From Spongospora subterranea f. sp. subterranea (Eukaryota), in assembly GCA_049724395.1 (NCBI GenBank), contig JAUGWO010000013.1, positions 1 through 64,000 of the forward strand: DNA of 64,000 nucleotides, written 5' to 3'. This document shows positions 38,565 to 51,565 of this stretch, piece after piece. Under the pieces are notes generated by a model that saw nothing but the letters and a program-made list of their open reading frames with translations, was not told the DNA's origin and made no database searches. How positions within the stretch are numbered: the first letter of the stretch is position 1; every line of letters begins with the position of its first letter. The translations under genes and the position numbers were made by a program.

Positions 38565-40427
38565 ATGGCGGTAGATATTGACCAACTGTCGTTGGTTGAG
38601 GCAGTATCGAATGGGTCGATTGGACCGATTGCCGACTTGTCGTATTGCCAATTCCCTGATTTGGACCAGTTCTCCACTCTTTGTGATGCTATCGCCAATT
38701 CTACCAAAATTTTCGTTCTTCAAGTGGTACGACATTGAACTGCAATTTCGTTGTAATGCAAGTAGATACAATTTTTTTTCCAGTTTTGTGACTCATCAAA
38801 GCAGGGCTGACGTTGGTTGCCTTGAATATATATTTTTTTGCAGTCATTTTGAGCAATATAATCTCAACACGAAACTCGTTCTTGTATTCATGGCTTTTAT
38901 GAGCAAGTTCAAAACAAAGAACAGAATCTTCAAAGAGTGTAGTTTGGGACTTCTCAAGTCGTTTTTGGTAGTTTACAGCAGCTAACAGCTGAACTCATTC
39001 TAGGCATGTTGTCCACTATCCATTGATCATACGAGCTCGTTGACCCGGGCATTGACCGGTAATCGGTACATTCAAATTCTGGATCTGACCGGATCGGGAT
39101 TGGGGGACGAAGCCATCACCGAACTTTGCCCAGCTCTGTCTAAAATGACAGTTCTCATCCGACTCTCACTGCAGCATAACCAGATCGGTAAAATTTACTG
39201 AGCAAGCACTGCAGAAACATTTCTGTACAAACGATTCCTTTAGTTACTGGCAGACCGGTAACATTCTATGTAACGTTCTGGAAATTACTCAAATAATTTC
39301 GATATTGACAAAGGTCCTATGATTTCTCAATGATGATGGTGTTGATGTGTTTAGGTGATGCTGGGGCAGTGATGATATCGACCATAATCACCGCCAATCT
39401 GGGTCTGCAATCGATCCAAATCGGGTCGAATCCTTTCGTGGGCACCACAGGGGACGGCATGGCGGCCGTGGTTCGCGCCATCCAGTCGCGCCCTGATCTC
39501 AGCACTGACCTGATTGTGCCGAACACAGCCAATCCTACAACTCCTTCGCCAATGCGATTGCTAGATAGTTCGGAGAAGAAATGGGTCACGATTCCTCTTC
39601 GAATACGATATGATCAGTGCAAACCGGCACAAATGGCATTTTTCGAGTGTAATATGTTGATACATAGTTTCTCAAAACAACTGTATAACTGTTTTCCAAA
39701 ATTTTTATAAAGTTCGAAAAATCATTGACATTTTCGAGTCGATAATTAGGGGTTTGTAGGTGCCCGGTCTGGAAGTTTGGGGCAGTTAGGGAAGCTGATG
39801 AAGGCGAATGGTAAAGAAATCGACCCAACCGCATTGCATCCTGAGGGATTCAATGCCGTTCACATTGCGGCTGCCAACGGTAATCTGAAAATGCTGAAAG
39901 AACTACTGAAGGTCACCACAGGCCACATTTTTCTCAACACTTTTATCGATTGGTACTTTCAACAGATGGGAGTTTCAGGAACAGCGAAGCTTCCCGCGTC
40001 ATTAGGCGGCGACTCGAAATGGTATACAATCGATAAAGGAGGAGGGCGTATGGTGCGGTTTGCGTTGCCTAGGCGATCAACACCCATGTTCTTTGCGTCA
40101 GCTGCAGATGATGGGCAATGTATCAAAATCCTGATCGCTGCCGGTGATAAAGCCATGGAACCGTGCGAATTCCCATTTATTCCTTTTACAAGTTTACTAT
40201 CGGTTCTTTTCGATTATAGTGCTTTCTGTCGAAAGAGAAGTAGTTTATATGAGCTTCGGTGTAGGAATTCTAATGGATTATGGGCTCATGACTATATCTC
40301 GAGCAAGAACGAAGCCGATATGCCTGTGATCGATAAAGACAAGGCAATGAAGGCTGAGAGTGATCGATTGGTGAAATTGATTAAAGGGTCAGGAACAAAA
40401 TCCAAAGGAAAACAAAAGAAAAAATAA
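38565..40427 (+). CDS. RI-type leucine-rich-repeat plus ankyrin-repeat protein, multi-exon
   Basis: LRRs IQILDLTGSGLGDEAI, LIRLSLQHNQIGDAGA and LQSIQIGSNPF; ankyrins GFNAVHIAAANGNLKMLKELL and TPMFFASAADDGQCIKILIAAG; Lys-rich tail. Confidence 0.75.
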
Positions 40428-41027
40428 ACTAGGAAATGATGAGATGAAACGAACTGGCGATCGCGCGTTTAAAAAACGAACGCGCTCGGCGTTGTCCGCT
40501 GGTTCGTGATGGCACTAGTTAATCATCTTCTAGATTGTGTTTCTCTTCTCCCCATTCAGCTTTTGTTTGCAAAAGCTCGGGTAGGCGCGGCAGCCAGTCA
40601 GAATAAACAGTTTCGCCCTCCCCCAGGTGTCAATTGATTCAAACCCATTCTCTCCGTTCCACTTCGATCGCTAAAGCCGATGTTCTCTCTTCGCAATATC
40701 CAGATCTTCCCCTCTGCACCATTATTTCTGTTTGCCGATTCCATGGAATCATGTTCTGCCCTGGTCCTTATGGTTATGGGGTAAAGCGCCATACGAAGTC
40801 ACTTGAGTAACGCTATTTATCTTCTGTTACACGACTCTGATTTGTGCCAGTAACTGTATAGAGAGATTGCAGAACATGACATAAATTTTTCAGAGTCCCA
40901 TTTGATATTATCTTCGACTGCAGTGATCAATCCCTCGAGTGCCAGATATTTGTAAAGTATCGAGAGTCATCATTGCGGTTGATGAGAAAGAGATCAATAA
41001 CGGGATCACATTCGGCTCTCGTTTATT

Positions 41028-42376
41028 ATGTCGTATTCATTAACATCGATATCCCCGTTTATTGGATATGCTCTGTCGTTCCTGTCGTCAAGGGAAACTA
41101 TCCCATTCGCTTGCGCCAGCCGACAATACCGCCGCCTGGCCACCTCTGATGCCACCTGGCGATTACAATTGCAGCGTGATTTCCCGTCGTTACCGATGTC
41201 AATCAGTGCAATACGTCAAACCTATATTGATCATGTTCATCGTCTCCGTCTCCATCTTCTCTGTAATCGATATCCGCCGCACCGTATCTCGTCAGCTCTT
41301 TTGATCACCAACCCGTCGCTTTCCTCCGATCAGAACAAGGTCGCAATCAACCACGTTAACCGGTCAATGCGATATCATACCGGTATTATTTTACACGACG
41401 AACGGCTGTTATTCCCTAAGTTTACAAGCTACATCATCGCATGTATGTGGAATCGTCATCAGAACTGCACTGTGGTCAATTATGGTGATGGGAGTCATAA
41501 TATCAATAGGATCATGAAGATCGTCACGACCGTTGATCAACTCTGTCAATTCGATAATGACGCAATCGTATCATCGACCACGAACCCCGAATCGGATCTC
41601 CTTCTGCATAAAGCTCACCGATCATATCAGTCGTTCGCGTTATGCAATATCGATGGGCAACAGATGTGGGATTTGTGGTACAATTCCGAGGAAGTTCGTT
41701 ATCGGGAGTTTCCTGAACCGGGTGGATTACGTCGGGCACTAGTGTCGGCGCTGATTGCCCCATCTGTCACAATACGATACTGGATACTGTTCGCGCGTCT
41801 CCATCGGTACGATCACCAATTGCGCAGGCGATACGAACGCCAGATCACGTTCGTGGACATCGGTGGACACTCTACTGCCGATAAACGTTTTCCCCAAGTC
41901 CAGTTAGCTTTATCGAATGAGCTGCGACATCTCGATCGTAATTCTGTAATTATCACTCACAACCATCATTCCCCCGAATTCTATAGCTGTTTAAAATCAA
42001 ATACAGTCGATGGTTTGTCGGAACACATTGGGCCCATTATGCATTGTTTGGCCTTTGGAGACTTTGATTGTCGGTCACCACGTCTGTATTATCATGCCAA
42101 CACCGTTTGTCATTTTCACTTTACGTGACGGCGACGCTTGACGTTACTTGGGTGTTGATGTGACCGTATATGTGTGTATATGATATTTAGGGACGGAGAT
42201 CACGTCATGCCCTGGTACGAGAAGTGTCGGCCACGGTTGGGAATGATGCCGGACGGGCCAGTAATGTGTTCGTGATCGGAACGATCACCAATAAATCCAC
42301 GGCGGCGGAGACCCTGGCTACGCTCCGGTTTCTTCATAGCATTCATTCATCATCGGCGCTTCCCCTCAAAACATGA
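41028..42376 (+). CDS. F-box protein fused to a degenerate kinesin-motor-like domain (2 exons, intron 42105-42190 predicted)
   Basis: F-box ALSFLSSRETIPFACASRQYRRLATSDATW. Kinesin-like motifs in order: QNCTVVNYG, LCNIDGQQMWDL, ITFVDIGG, and in exon 2 NVFVIGTITNKSTAAETLATLRF. Confidence 0.7.
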
Positions 42377-42766
42377 ATATCTCAATAGGGGTGAACGAGT
42401 TCAAAGGTTGCGTTATTGATCTACAGTAGCAAACGCAGGTTTAGCAGCGGGTAGAAAACGGAGCTTCAGTAACAAAGATCAGATCAACGTCTGAATGACA
42501 CGAAAATTTGATACAGCGATTGCAGTGTTGTTTATTGACGGCTGTGCACTGCCTGAATATGATGTCGTCGAATCGCGGCGAATGTGATCACAACCTCGTT
42601 TCGACTCTCACGATACCACGTGCTTCTTTGGACAATTTTGTTGAAATTACCCGCAAATTTATTGGATGTTTTTGCCTAAAGCTTAAATCTCTTGTACCTA
42701 CTCGTCTAGATCTGATTGAACAAAATCCTGAACCGAAAAAGATCTTTCAAAATTTTTGATTGTCGT

Positions 42767-43639
42767 TTATTTTTGTTCTTTTCGTGGTAGATAAATACCC
42801 TTTCCTGGTTTAGGTCCTGTTCCGCCACCAGTGCAAATCGCCTCATTACACCCATCGTAGCATTCCTGGCCCGAGACGAATTTGTAGTTCAATTCGTGGA
42901 AGTAGTGGAAGATCATCGCGATCAGGTTGGGGCGGTTAACGAACATCGAGTCGTGCAGCAATATGACGGCGCCGTTTCCGATTCCCACATTCTTCTCGAA
43001 ATCATTCCGCAGACGGTCAAAAACTTTGTCCTCCGATTCAGATTTACTGGAGCTGTCGTTAGGCTCAACTGTAAAACTCAGTCAGAATTGTGCCCCATTT
43101 TCAATATTCAATAGAGCATTGCATTGGCAACGGCACTTACCATTCCATTGAGCGATAATGAGATTTCGATCCGTTGAGATGTAATCGGCCTCTTTATCGG
43201 TCAGAACGCCGAATGGCGGACGGAATAGGGTTGGCTTAATGCCGCATCCCTTCATGAACTCAACAGTCTTGTCGATCGATTTCCCAATGATGTCCAGACT
43301 CGTTCCCTTCTTGATCATCTTATGATCCCAGCCGTGAACGCCCCAGGTTGTGTCCGGCCGGTCGGCCTGAATCTCCTTGATCCTGTCGCAACGCCCATCC
43401 AGTTGTTTCTTGTCGTCGCCCATGGCGGCCGGCGTCACAAAATATGTCCCCGGGATGTGGAGCTTGACGAGTTGGTCGTTAACCCTGTTGGAGGCGCCCC
43501 GGGCCAAGTCAGGACCATCGTCCAAAGTGATAGACACGACGCGGCGACCCTTTCCGCACGATGTAAACGCGCGAACTCTGCCTTGGACGGTGAAGATCGT
43601 CGTGGAGGCGAGCCCCAACAGCAGCAGTAACAGCTTCAT
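42767..43639 (-). CDS. Secreted polysaccharide/chitin deacetylase (CE4, NodB domain), 2 exons
   Basis: Signal peptide MKLLLLLLGLASTTIFTVQG; CE4 motifs TLDDGP, HGWDH, FRPPFG, VILLHDS. Confidence 0.92.
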
Positions 43640-43849
43640 TTTTTGTTCGAGCGAGGGTGATGAATCGTGATCAATTTTCTTTAAGATTACTGTCGCCGGT
43701 TTCCATAGCTTTCTTTACGATCAAGTGAGTCATTGTCCATTACCTTCCGGTCTCTCAGAACTTTCCTTCTAGCTGTCGGAAGAGGAGACCTGAGCTAGGA
43801 TCTTGCCAAGCTTGGTGCTTGACCTTGTTATACGAATGTCAAAGCAATA

Positions 43850-44550
43850 TCCATCATAGCACCCCGGACCCAAGATGACTCAAGAAGTTTAGTGTATGGA
43901 AGTAGTGGACGATCATCGATATCAGGTTGGCCCCCTAATTAAGGACAGGAAGTCATGTAGCAATATAAACGAACGGGCACCGTTCACGGTTCCCACATTC
44001 ACTCAACAATTTCCCGAATCCCGATCCAAACAATTTAGTTCAGATTTATTGGAGTTGTCGTTGGGCGAGATTACCTTAGGATCCAGTTAGAATTGTGGGA
44101 GCTCACCCTTTGAAGATAAAGTTTCGCACCATTTGCTCGGACAAATCCTCAGTCTTAGTATATTGCGATCAAATTTGTTCAGATCTTGATGTCGTGGATG
44201 TTCGGGAGTGATTAGAGGTGACAGGGATACATTCGATAAATCTGTCGTGTGTAAATTTGGCACGAGGAAGGTCAATACAGAAAAAAACCTCCTATTAAGC
44301 CTACTTTTGATACGCCCAAAAAACCCCACTTTTATTGAGAGCCCAATCAATTTTCAAGCGGGAGACTTGGAACGCTGCCGTACAGAAACTGTACGAAGAA
44401 TGTCAACTGTGCTATGATCGTGGGTTTGTGAAATCCCGACCCATTCAGATGTCTCAACGTATTGAGGTAGCGATGCCTGTGTCGTCGCGTTGGCGAATTT
44501 CATTGCCATCCTGGAGTGAGAACCGTTAGACATTCTTTACCTCAACACAT
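43850..44550 (-). pseudogene. Decayed tandem paralogue of the CE4 deacetylase
   Basis: 43890-44070 on the minus strand gives PNDNSNKSE, GARSFILLHD and MIVHYFH, collinear with PNDSSSKSE, GAVILLHD and MIFHYFH of the intact gene, with frameshifts; 5' limit approximate. Confidence 0.72.
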
Positions 44551-46096
44551 TAAACATCTGCATGGATCGGGATTTTTAATGCTCACGATCATAGCACACT
44601 TGATCTTCTGCGTCAAACTCCCATGCCTCCAGACCAAAGGGCTCGCCTCCCCAGATTGTACTGTATATCATATCGGTAAACCCAGCACCGATCCTGATCT
44701 GTTACAATATTGTGGTTGTGTGATCCTCGCAAATATCATGTAGCGATGAGACCCCAATTTAGCGGCGCCGTATTCTATTCAAACACCCTGTCGAGTTTCG
44801 GCTGGATGGATTCGGCAAACAGTTGCGATTTTATACAGACATTATGCATTTGATGGTCAAGTTTTGGATAACTTACGTGCAGTAAAAACCGGCGCACACG
44901 TTTTCATCCTGGATTCCTCGTCAGGAGTGTATTCACACCTTGATCTTGTTGTTATGACGTCTCCAATTGTTATGGCCCCCGTTGCCAGCACTGGCCACTG
45001 GCTATGGTATCAGAGATGACAAAATCTTATCGTGCTCACTTCGCTGAGTATTCTGGAGGTAGTAAGACGGTTGTTTAGACATTACCGAAACAAATATGGG
45101 AGGCTGTCCTCAAAGACGTAGCAGGCGTAGAAGGTTTTGGCAACCTCAAAAAAAATGCACTGAAAAAACAGCTTACAGCCACTTTTAGAGACACTGAAAC
45201 TGGGGACGCCAACGATGGAAAGAATGATCAAGCAGTCCTACAGAATGATAATCTGGTCGAGATCTGAAACAATCCGACAGGTATGCGTCGCGAAACGCTC
45301 TCGTGAAGGCATCCTCTCGGGAATTGCCAAAGCCCAGCCAGATCTTCCCAAGAATTCTCGCTCAAGTACCACTCAGTCAACTCCCACGAAAACTGATGCA
45401 TATTCTCCTGTTCAATTTATTGCTGATACCATGGAATCTATGCTTCGTCAATGATTCAGCATGGACACAGGTAGAGCAAAGGCTGAGCAGCTTATTCAAC
45501 TACACAATGCTGGAATAATAAAGACAGAAGAGCCGCTGGAAGAATGAATGCTGTGCCATATTTTGATTTGCCTTTCTGTGCAACTTCAAAGGTTTCCGAA
45601 ATGATGGGAAACACCAGATGCAATGTGGTGGACGCTGAAGATAAGCTCTCATGGGGCTGTGATCAAGAATAAACGTGTTGGCACATTCATAAAAACCAGA
45701 CACGCTTATTAAATTTGTTATTCGAATCTCATCAGGATTTGCATAAAATAAAAGCTAAACGAACGGAGGTGAAGATGTACGGAATAGTAATTTAATGTAG
45801 AAATAAAAGAAGACTACTAGGATTACAAGGGATCGTTCCAAAGATTTGATTTGATTTCCGCGATTAAAAGTCCCGAATCCGTCAACTATCGACCACTCCT
45901 GATCGGGAAGCAGTGATAAGAGTTTTGTCTGGCAAGCATGGCACCACCGCAACGGCTAAATGCCTTGCCGCTGAATCCCTGATGATGAAGGGCCAGGCGA
46001 AGATGGCGCCACATTACCGAGCCGTATCTAACACAGTACCTAACGGAGTTGCTGGCTGGTTGCCCGATTATCATCGATTGCGTCCAAGAAAGGATC

Positions 46097-46870
46097 ATGG
46101 CAATGCGAGGACGATTTAGCGGCGCATCGACGTCGGATGGGTCCGATTACCAACACAGACAAAAGGTGGCCGACCATTACCGCCAATCGGCAATGGCCCG
46201 CGATCGCCTTCGTCTTCTATTCCGAGCCGATCTGGCTCTGTTTCTTCCAGCTATTGCCTACGCCACTACTCCAAGTAATATTCAAAAACTTTCAACTGAT
46301 AAAAGGTTTTATTTTCTTTTAGTTTTAGAAAAAACTCAAGCGAGTGTTGTTCCTCGTTTCCCATGTTTCAAACTTTTATGATTACACCTGTAAATGGCTT
46401 AATTCGCATCCCGTTTCACTGTTTGCTATGGTTTAATTTGTTGAATCCCCCAGTTATTATGAAAATCACGCCCGTTGATCACACCGTTCTCGTTGGACTC
46501 GGGGTCGTCGCGGCCGTTCAATGTCAGATATTGCGATGGAGTTGGCCCGGCTTCTGAGACTTTGTTGCCAACAGTGATGGCCTGGATCGTTGCATTTAAG
46601 ACGCGGTCTGCATTAGGAGTAGGTGTATCCGCTGCATTATCATCAATCTCGGGTGTCAGCGTTGTCGGATATGTGGTCAGTCAATTTTCAGCCCAGGTAC
46701 ATTGCTGTATTATGGCCTGTTCACATCCTAATCTAACTTCTTCGCAGAATGCTCATTTGATTGCTGGAACGTTACTTGGCGCTGCCCATATCTCCATCGG
46801 AGTTGTATTGGGTCAACTGTCTAGAGCCTTCTCAGCGGCTGCTAAGCAAGGTGCTCGATCTGCTTACTGA
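46097..46870 (+). CDS. JAGN1: Jagunal homologue (ER membrane protein), multi-exon
   Basis: MAMRGRFSGASTSDGSDYQHRQKVADHY matches the jagunal TDGSDFxHRERVAxHY motif; hydrophobic segments downstream. Confidence 0.85.
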
Positions 46871-48915
46871 GAACACACATATTTTACCAATATATATCTA
46901 CGATTTCGCATATTGCCTCATCCCCCTTGTGAAGGGCCGCCCCAACATGTTAGTGAATTTGAACGATGCTCTTCAGGTTGTTCAGCCAAAGAATTTTCAA
47001 CTACAAGTGCACATGATGCTCTTGATAGTCTAGTTGACGAAATTGGGAAGTTTTTATCAAGTGAAAAGGATATTACGAATCCTGGGAACCCTTGACTATG
47101 TTGAATTACGCGGCGATGGGAGCGATTTTGAAGTTCTCGTCACGACGCTGAAGAATCTGAATAGCCTTGTTGCCGAACATTTAAATTTTGGCCTCCTTGA
47201 CACTCAAGGTGTAGACAACGGCGCTATTTACACCATATCTCCTGGGGGGTGTTGGGAGGTATGTTGCCAGAATCAAGTGAGTGTCTGACCCCCACTTGAG
47301 GGGATTAGGACCAATGAGAGTCTGTTTCCGATCATTTCAATTAGTTAAATTTCAAGAAATTGTTTGAGCTAGTCCGCATTGCTTCTTAGGAGTAAGTTTT
47401 TAACGAAATTGAGGTTTTTAAAAAAAGAGCACTGCTATTGTCAAGTGGAGTGATGGTAGTGACACCGACCCATAATCCTACCAAATAAACCATCAGAGAA
47501 ATCAATAGTACGGTCCAGTAGAGTGGATCAGATGTTTACTCGAAGTTGGGTACCTCCCCAACATCGAGTGGATCTGGTTATTAGATGGCGTCGTCGTGTA
47601 CAGTACACCCAAATTCCTGACTTTCAAAACTGACTTTCAACATCAACCGGTGTACTCCGATTTGCACTCACATCAAAGCAGACATCATCTAGTTGGCAGG
47701 ATACCAGCTTGTGGCGCTGATCACCTGAGTTCGAGTCTCAGTGTCTGCAATTTTTTATTGTTATTTTTGGGAAAATCTGCGACAAATTGGTCATCAATCT
47801 CATTCATACATAGCACCGTCAATCATCTGCTGAATCAGGCCAAGGAAAATTGATAAAAACGAACCTTATTCGTCACTCATTGGTTACTGTGGCAATAATC
47901 TCGAAACCCTCGACCTGTTGAGGTATATGTTTGAATTGCTAGTCGGAACCATGCCCAAATTGCTTGAGGGGTTTTTGGAGGTTCATTATATTCTATATAT
48001 TTTAAGAGATGGATAAGGAGTATATCAGGGATAGAGTGATACTCTATATGGAATGAGTATATTGATTATTGTTGTGTTGCCTTTTAAGCACTAAACTAAG
48101 GTCTGATGGCGGAAGATTTTGGTTTTTGGTGTCATCATTGACTCTCTGCATCTATGATGTGTAGGTTGTTATCCTCTGTTAAAGCTATTGAAAACAACAT
48201 TTTCGCCAATAGTCTTTCTTCTTTCTATTCAAAACAGTGCTTCGGTATTGGAGCCAATAAACTTCCTCATTTTTGTTTATCGATGTGTTTTATGGTGCAC
48301 TTGACGCCCTATTGCTCCAGCATTCTTCGATTTATTGATCTGCTTGTTTGCGAGTTTGTGCAGCAGGCAATCTCCAATTAATTGCGCTCTGTGAACAACA
48401 AAACCTTCGACCAGAACGATCTGACCGCTCTGCTCCAACACGCTTCAACACCCAACAGAACTCTGCAGTCCCTCGATAAACTGTTTGAGTTCGAAAGGAC
48501 ACTCGATTGTTTTTTCCTGATATTCAATCCTCAGCAGGATGGAATAATGTCAGAGACCGGAGTAGAAACAAGTACATAAACACATAAATACGATGTCAAT
48601 AAATAAGTTTATTCATTTTGCAAAAAAAGAATCATCGAGGCTCATTTCTCGTTTTTTTTGTTTAAATGATCAATGTTCCGATAGCAGGTTATGTTGGGTC
48701 TGTCCTGACGTGAATCAAGACCATACCAACTAATAACAACACCTGCATCTCGTGTTGGCTCAACTGTGGCCAACTCATTGCCGAAGAGAGCGGCTGCCGT
48801 TAACCATAGTCAGAAGATAAATAGTGAATAAACTACAGTGCCATTCAGAAGTCTGTTTACCTATTAACATCAGCGCTTTGGCTCTTTTGACGCTGTTGCT
48901 GCTGTGGGTGTTGTA

Positions 48916-49470
48916 CTAAAACAAGGTTAAAACAGATGAACAATATTGAGCGACAACGGTACACTGTTGCAGCAGGCGATTCAGGATCAAATCGCGAGGA
49001 CCAGAATCCTGTAGTTGTGCCGCGAGTATAATCCTATGGAATGGGAAATTAAAACACCTTCCCCTATGAAGATACCTATCCTGACATGTTCCTTTCGTGC
49101 AGCTCTCTATACAGATAATCAAAAAATTTGAGAGGGGAATGAATAAGATGGTTAACAACCGGTCGACTATGGCATTGGCTCTGCGATCAATCATAACGGC
49201 TCGCTCTTCGGCTATGCCCTCAACCAGGTCGGCTGCGGCTTCGGCACTGCGCTCAACCAGGTCGGCTGCGGCTTCGGCACTGCGCTCAACCAGGTCGGCT
49301 TCGGCTTCGGCTGTGCGCTCAACCAGGTCGGCTGCGGCTTCGTCATTGCGCTGATCGCTGTCGCTTTCACAATTCCAGAAGACCAAAAGACTGACGAAAG
49401 CGACTGCAGAAATACCGATCACCAACGATGTGATGATAACAAACATAATGAAACAATGAACGTCACGCAC
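48916..49470 (-). CDS. Orphan single-TM protein exon with 11-aa repeats (EAAADLVERSA), copy 1
   Basis: Hydrophobic stretch followed by 33-nt tandem repeats (49221-49345); true start and upstream exons unresolved. Confidence 0.4.
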   Translation of the reverse strand: MRDVHCFIMFVIITSLVIGISAVAFVSLLVFWNCESDSDQRNDEAAADLVERTAEAEADLVERSAEAAADLVERSAEAAADLVEGIAEERAVMIDRRANAIVDRLLTILFIPLSNFLIICIESCTKGTCQDRYLHRGRCFNFPFHRIILAAQLQDSGPRDLILNRLLQQCTVVAQYCSSVLTLF

Positions 49471-51163
49471 CTGCAGTGGCCGATATAATGGATCCAGTCA
49501 ACACGGCTTATTCATTTATACAATGAATTTATAAATAATTCTGAAAATCATCAACAACAACAAAACTAACAATATATCCACTCGATATTCAAATGAATTA
49601 AGAAGCGGTGATCTGTCAGAAGGTGTTCCCATTATGTGCAGACACTCATCAATGGACCACGTTGCTTTCGGAGCACTGGATTGAAAGTCGCCACCGATAC
49701 ATTTCTGCGTCTTCGTGTCGTCACTAATGAGATACAGTACAAGAGACCCGACGCAGAGTCTGAATTCGTCGGGATCATTTATTCTAAGAAGCGCTCGCAC
49801 AGATTTATTCGAGTTCGACGAGGGCGTCGTTCTGTCTTCGTTGTAAACCGATTCATAAGTTCACTATATAGATGTTCGATTCCGTGTTGGCTTAAGCCAC
49901 TATATGGGCCATTACATGAGCGTGGCGTTCATAATTTCATATATTTGTTATCATCACATTGTTAATGATCGTTATATCTTGTGCCAAAGAAATTTGGCGG
50001 GGCAACATTCGCAGTGTTTATCGAATTATGACTGATGTGATGTATGGACTCTACCAATCAAGTTTATATAATGGTTCGGGAAGATGTCTGCAGTGAATGT
50101 CCCCACCAGCAGATAAAGTCGTTGCCTTCCGATAAATCACTATTGCTATGATGCTGCAGTGAACTGCTAGGGCGTCTTGGCCAAGGGCTGCGCTGTTTTG
50201 TTGTCGTTTTCGCCTGTTACCAACGTGATATCTCTCGAGTTCGCACCGTCAATTTCTTGAGTTTGTGTATTAATACCTGGGCGAGCACGATCGGACTGCC
50301 GAACTGACCACGTCGGGATAAGTCGGGTGATTCATATGCCAGCACAATACTGTGTATAAAGCACCACAACACAAACAAACAACAATTTTTCTCTTTTTAA
50401 ATTGTCCGAAGTCCAACATCGCTCGTGTTCTTCGCAAAATTCAATAGTGTTGTAAATAGACTTTGGAAATAAAGGCCACGATAGAACAAACCGAGACTAG
50501 ACGACTTAGAACTCTGCAGTCCTTCGATAAACTGTTTGAGTTTAAGAGGACAATCCGTTGTTTTTTGCTGATATTCAATGCTCAGCAGGATGGAATAACG
50601 TCAGAGACCGGAGTAGACACAAATACATAAACACATAAATACGATGTCAAATAAGTTTATTTATTTTGCAAAGAAGGAATCAACGAAGATCGACGTGCAT
50701 TTCTCGTTTATTTTTGTTGAAGTGATTGAAAGATACCCGTCGTCATCAGTGCGAGTCAATCAAGCTCGTTCCGATAGCAGGTTATGTTGGAGTCTGTCCT
50801 GACGTGAATCAAGACCATACCAACTAATAACAACACCGGCACCTCGTGTTGGCTCAACTGTGGCCAACTCATTGCCGAAGAGAGCGGCTGCCGTTAACCA
50901 TAGTCAGAAGATAAATAGTGAATAAACTACAGTGCCATTCGGAAGTCTGTTTACCTATCAGTGATTTGGCCATCTTGAGGCTGTTGCTGCTGTGGAGGTT
51001 GTACTAAAACACAGATAAAACAGATGAACAATATTATACAACAACCGTACACTGTGGCAGCTGGTGATTTGGGTGTGAATCGCGATGACCAGGATGCAGA
51101 ATCCTTAACAAGAGACGAATCCTATGGAATGGGCAATCAGAATACCTTCCCCTATGAAGATAC

Positions 51164-51565
51164 CTATCCTAACTGGTTCCTTTCGCGAAGCTCTCTGTGA
51201 AGATAATCAAAAAATTTGAAAGAGGAATGAATAAGATAGTTAAACAACCGTTCGGCTTGGGCTTGGGCTCTGCGCTCAATCAGGACGGCTTGGGCTTTGG
51301 TTCTGCGCTCATCCAGGACGGCTTGGGCTTTGGTTCTGAGCTCATCCAGGGCGGCTTGGGCTTTGGTTCTGCGCTCATCCAGGACGGCTTGGGCTTTGGT
51401 TCTGCGCTCATTTAGGACGGCTTGGGCATCGACTCTGCGATGACGGCGGTCCCTGACGCCAAACCAGCAGACGCAAAGGCCGACGGAAACGACTGCAGAA
51501 AAAACGATCACCAGCGATGTGATGATAACAAACATAATAACACAATGAACGTCACGCACCTGCAA
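51164..51565 (-). CDS. Orphan single-TM protein exon with 11-aa repeats (KAQAVLDERRT), copy 2
   Basis: Paralogue of copy 1; 33-nt tandem repeats at ~51255-51430. Confidence 0.4.
   Translation of the reverse strand: MQVRDVHCVIMFVIITSLVIVFSAVVSVGLCVCWFGVRDRRHRRVDAQAVLNERRTKAQAVLDERRTKAQAALDELRTKAQAVLDERRTKAQAVLIERRAQAQAERLFNYLIHSSFKFFDYLHRELRERNQLG

Noticed and set aside
44990..45480. Possible Myb-like/Harbinger accessory ORF remnant (KQIWEAVLKDV...ALKKQL)
   Set aside because: Interrupted by stops, with no adjacent transposase or TIRs; similarity too weak
46913..47288. Possible Crinkler-like or other gene fragment
   Set aside because: Broken frames and no diagnostic LFLAK/HVLV motif
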